Assembly (NCBI RefSeq): GCF_964204865.1
Contig: NC_135253.1
Location: 15,686,001-15,750,000 of the forward strand
Reading direction: 5' to 3'
Length of the DNA: 64,000 nt
Source of the DNA: Styela clava
Taxonomy: Eukaryota
Of the stretch, positions 62,501-64,000 are shown one piece after another (within the stretch, counting starts at the first letter, position 1; each line of letters begins with the position of its first letter). The position numbers and the translations under genes are program-made. The notes under the pieces are model-generated. The model was not told the DNA's origin. It was given only the letters and a program-made list of their open reading frames with translations, and did no database searches.

Positions 62501-64000
62501 ACCTTATTATTTATAGAATTAGGGAATTCCCCCTATATTATTTCGGAGCAGTGCTGTTCCGGCACTTTTAGGTTAACGTTTCTGGAAAAAAGTTAGACAA
62601 TACATATTAGGTTTAGTAATAGGACGATACCAAAGAAATGCCAGTACTGAAACTGGTAGCTAACGAGAAAAGATATCTTCATGACAGTAAAAATACCTCA
62701 ATGAACATGTAATGTGCATGCCAATGTACATGTAATTGTATTGTAACATGAAAAAAAGTACAGATCAACAATCATGTCTAGCAGACACTGAACACTGAAA
62801 TAAAACTACTATGATATTGGGGAATGCAATACACATTTATGCAGAATATAAGGATAGTAAATGGTTGAGTAACTGAGTTTTAAAATTTGGATTTGTTGAG
62901 TCTTTAAATAACCAATATTTATGTACAGAAACTTTCTGTACTTTTCTATCAGAACAACAACATGTGTGTTGAAAAATCACTTACACTAACAATTCTTTCT
63001 GAAAGCCAAGTGTAAGATTCTTGCTCACTTCCTGCAGTGTTAGAATGTCTACGAAAACATCTTGGTCAATTTCTAATATTTCTCCTTTCAATTTGTGACA
63101 TTCCATGAGGAAAAAATATTCTTCGCTGACAACAATCAATATTCCGGTGTTTGATTTGTTGTATAATTTCCAAGTCTTGATAAACATTTCAGCCAAACCA
63201 AGTGTCATATCTGCGCTATCAAAATCTTGCTCAAATGGAATTCTTGCTTTCAGTAAAGAGCGTTTGTAAACATGCTTGAGAAAACTTGCTACACCAAATC
63301 CCCATCCTGAAACACCCCATTCCAAAAGTTTAGGAAGTTGGATTCCTTCATCAGTTTCAGTCACCATGTAATCTGCTCTCGTTATTGATAGCTCATACCG
63401 GTCCTGGAACATGACTCATTTACCATATGTATTTTAAATAACAGATTATTCATAAAGAGTCGTTCAATTACACGATAAATCGGTAGGAAGTGTTAAAAAC
63501 AACACATGTGAATCTGTAGTTAATTTATTACATCGTGAAGACGTGAAGAGTGTTATAATTATATTCATTTTCAGGTCCAGCAGTTGGAAAAATACCATTG
63601 CAACGTATCAATTTCTACACATGCATTCATGAATCAAGAACTTGCCATGATATATTTTCTGTCAAGTAGAACCCTACCCGCACCTGCAACCGACCTTCGA
63701 CACTTACATCTCGGACAAGAATAAACAGTTTACTTACCTCACGATTGACTGATTTCGACACTCTTTCGTATATGCCGAACATTTTTTTAATGAGCCAGTC
63801 CGCTTTCGCAACACTAAAAGTAAATATATAACTCCATATTCATTCCGCATACCTAAAGATCACAGACAAGCATGAAACGGTATGAGACTTACAAAACTGT
63901 CTAAAGAATGATATTTTTTCCTGTACTAAGTTCCTATTTATGTGATCTCAGACTAGATATGAGTTTGTTGAATAAGTTGTTATATATTTATGATCACTAC
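59517..64000 (-). CDS. GSS: Divergent GSS-like ATP-grasp ligase, copy 3 (exons 3-10 in window; exons 1-2 beyond the end)
   Basis: Visible exons are open and splice sites are retained (exon 4 ORF 62981-63412). Confidence 0.82.

Larger units (their letters stand above)
48048..64000. repeat. Tandem segmental duplication unit, copy 3 (cut off by window end)
   Basis: Colinear with 1 to about 15690. Confidence 0.97.

Overview
AT-rich, intron-containing animal DNA (probably an invertebrate; the compact introns would fit a tunicate, but the host cannot be established from sequence). The window is about three tandem, nearly identical copies of a 22-26 kb unit (1-22098, 22099-48047, 48048->64000). I spliced the genes by hand. 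Each unit carries: (i) a 7-exon, 333-aa proline-racemase-family gene of the L3HYPDH lineage with a Cys/Cys catalytic pair (MCGH...DRSPCGSG) instead of the Cys/Thr dehydratase pair; (ii) a 10-exon, 481-aa glutathione-synthetase-like ATP-grasp ligase with a remodelled substrate pocket; (iii) a 3-exon, 466-aa FLVCR/SLC49-like MFS transporter lacking the choline-binding residues (beyond the window end in unit 3). Each unit also has a 5'-truncated inverted GSS-like paralog, a decayed GSS exon relic (units 1-2), and many hAT-type MITEs and fragments. The best candidate for a new system is this racemase + peptide ligase + transporter trio, which may be an amplified animal biosynthetic gene cluster; this is inference and untested. 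The racemase is intact only in copy 1 (frameshift in copy 2, shifted splice acceptor in copy 3). Copy 2 also has a nested 2.9-kb hAT insertion. Homology comparisons were made by eye against remembered human and trypanosome sequences, so residue numbering needs confirming by alignment.
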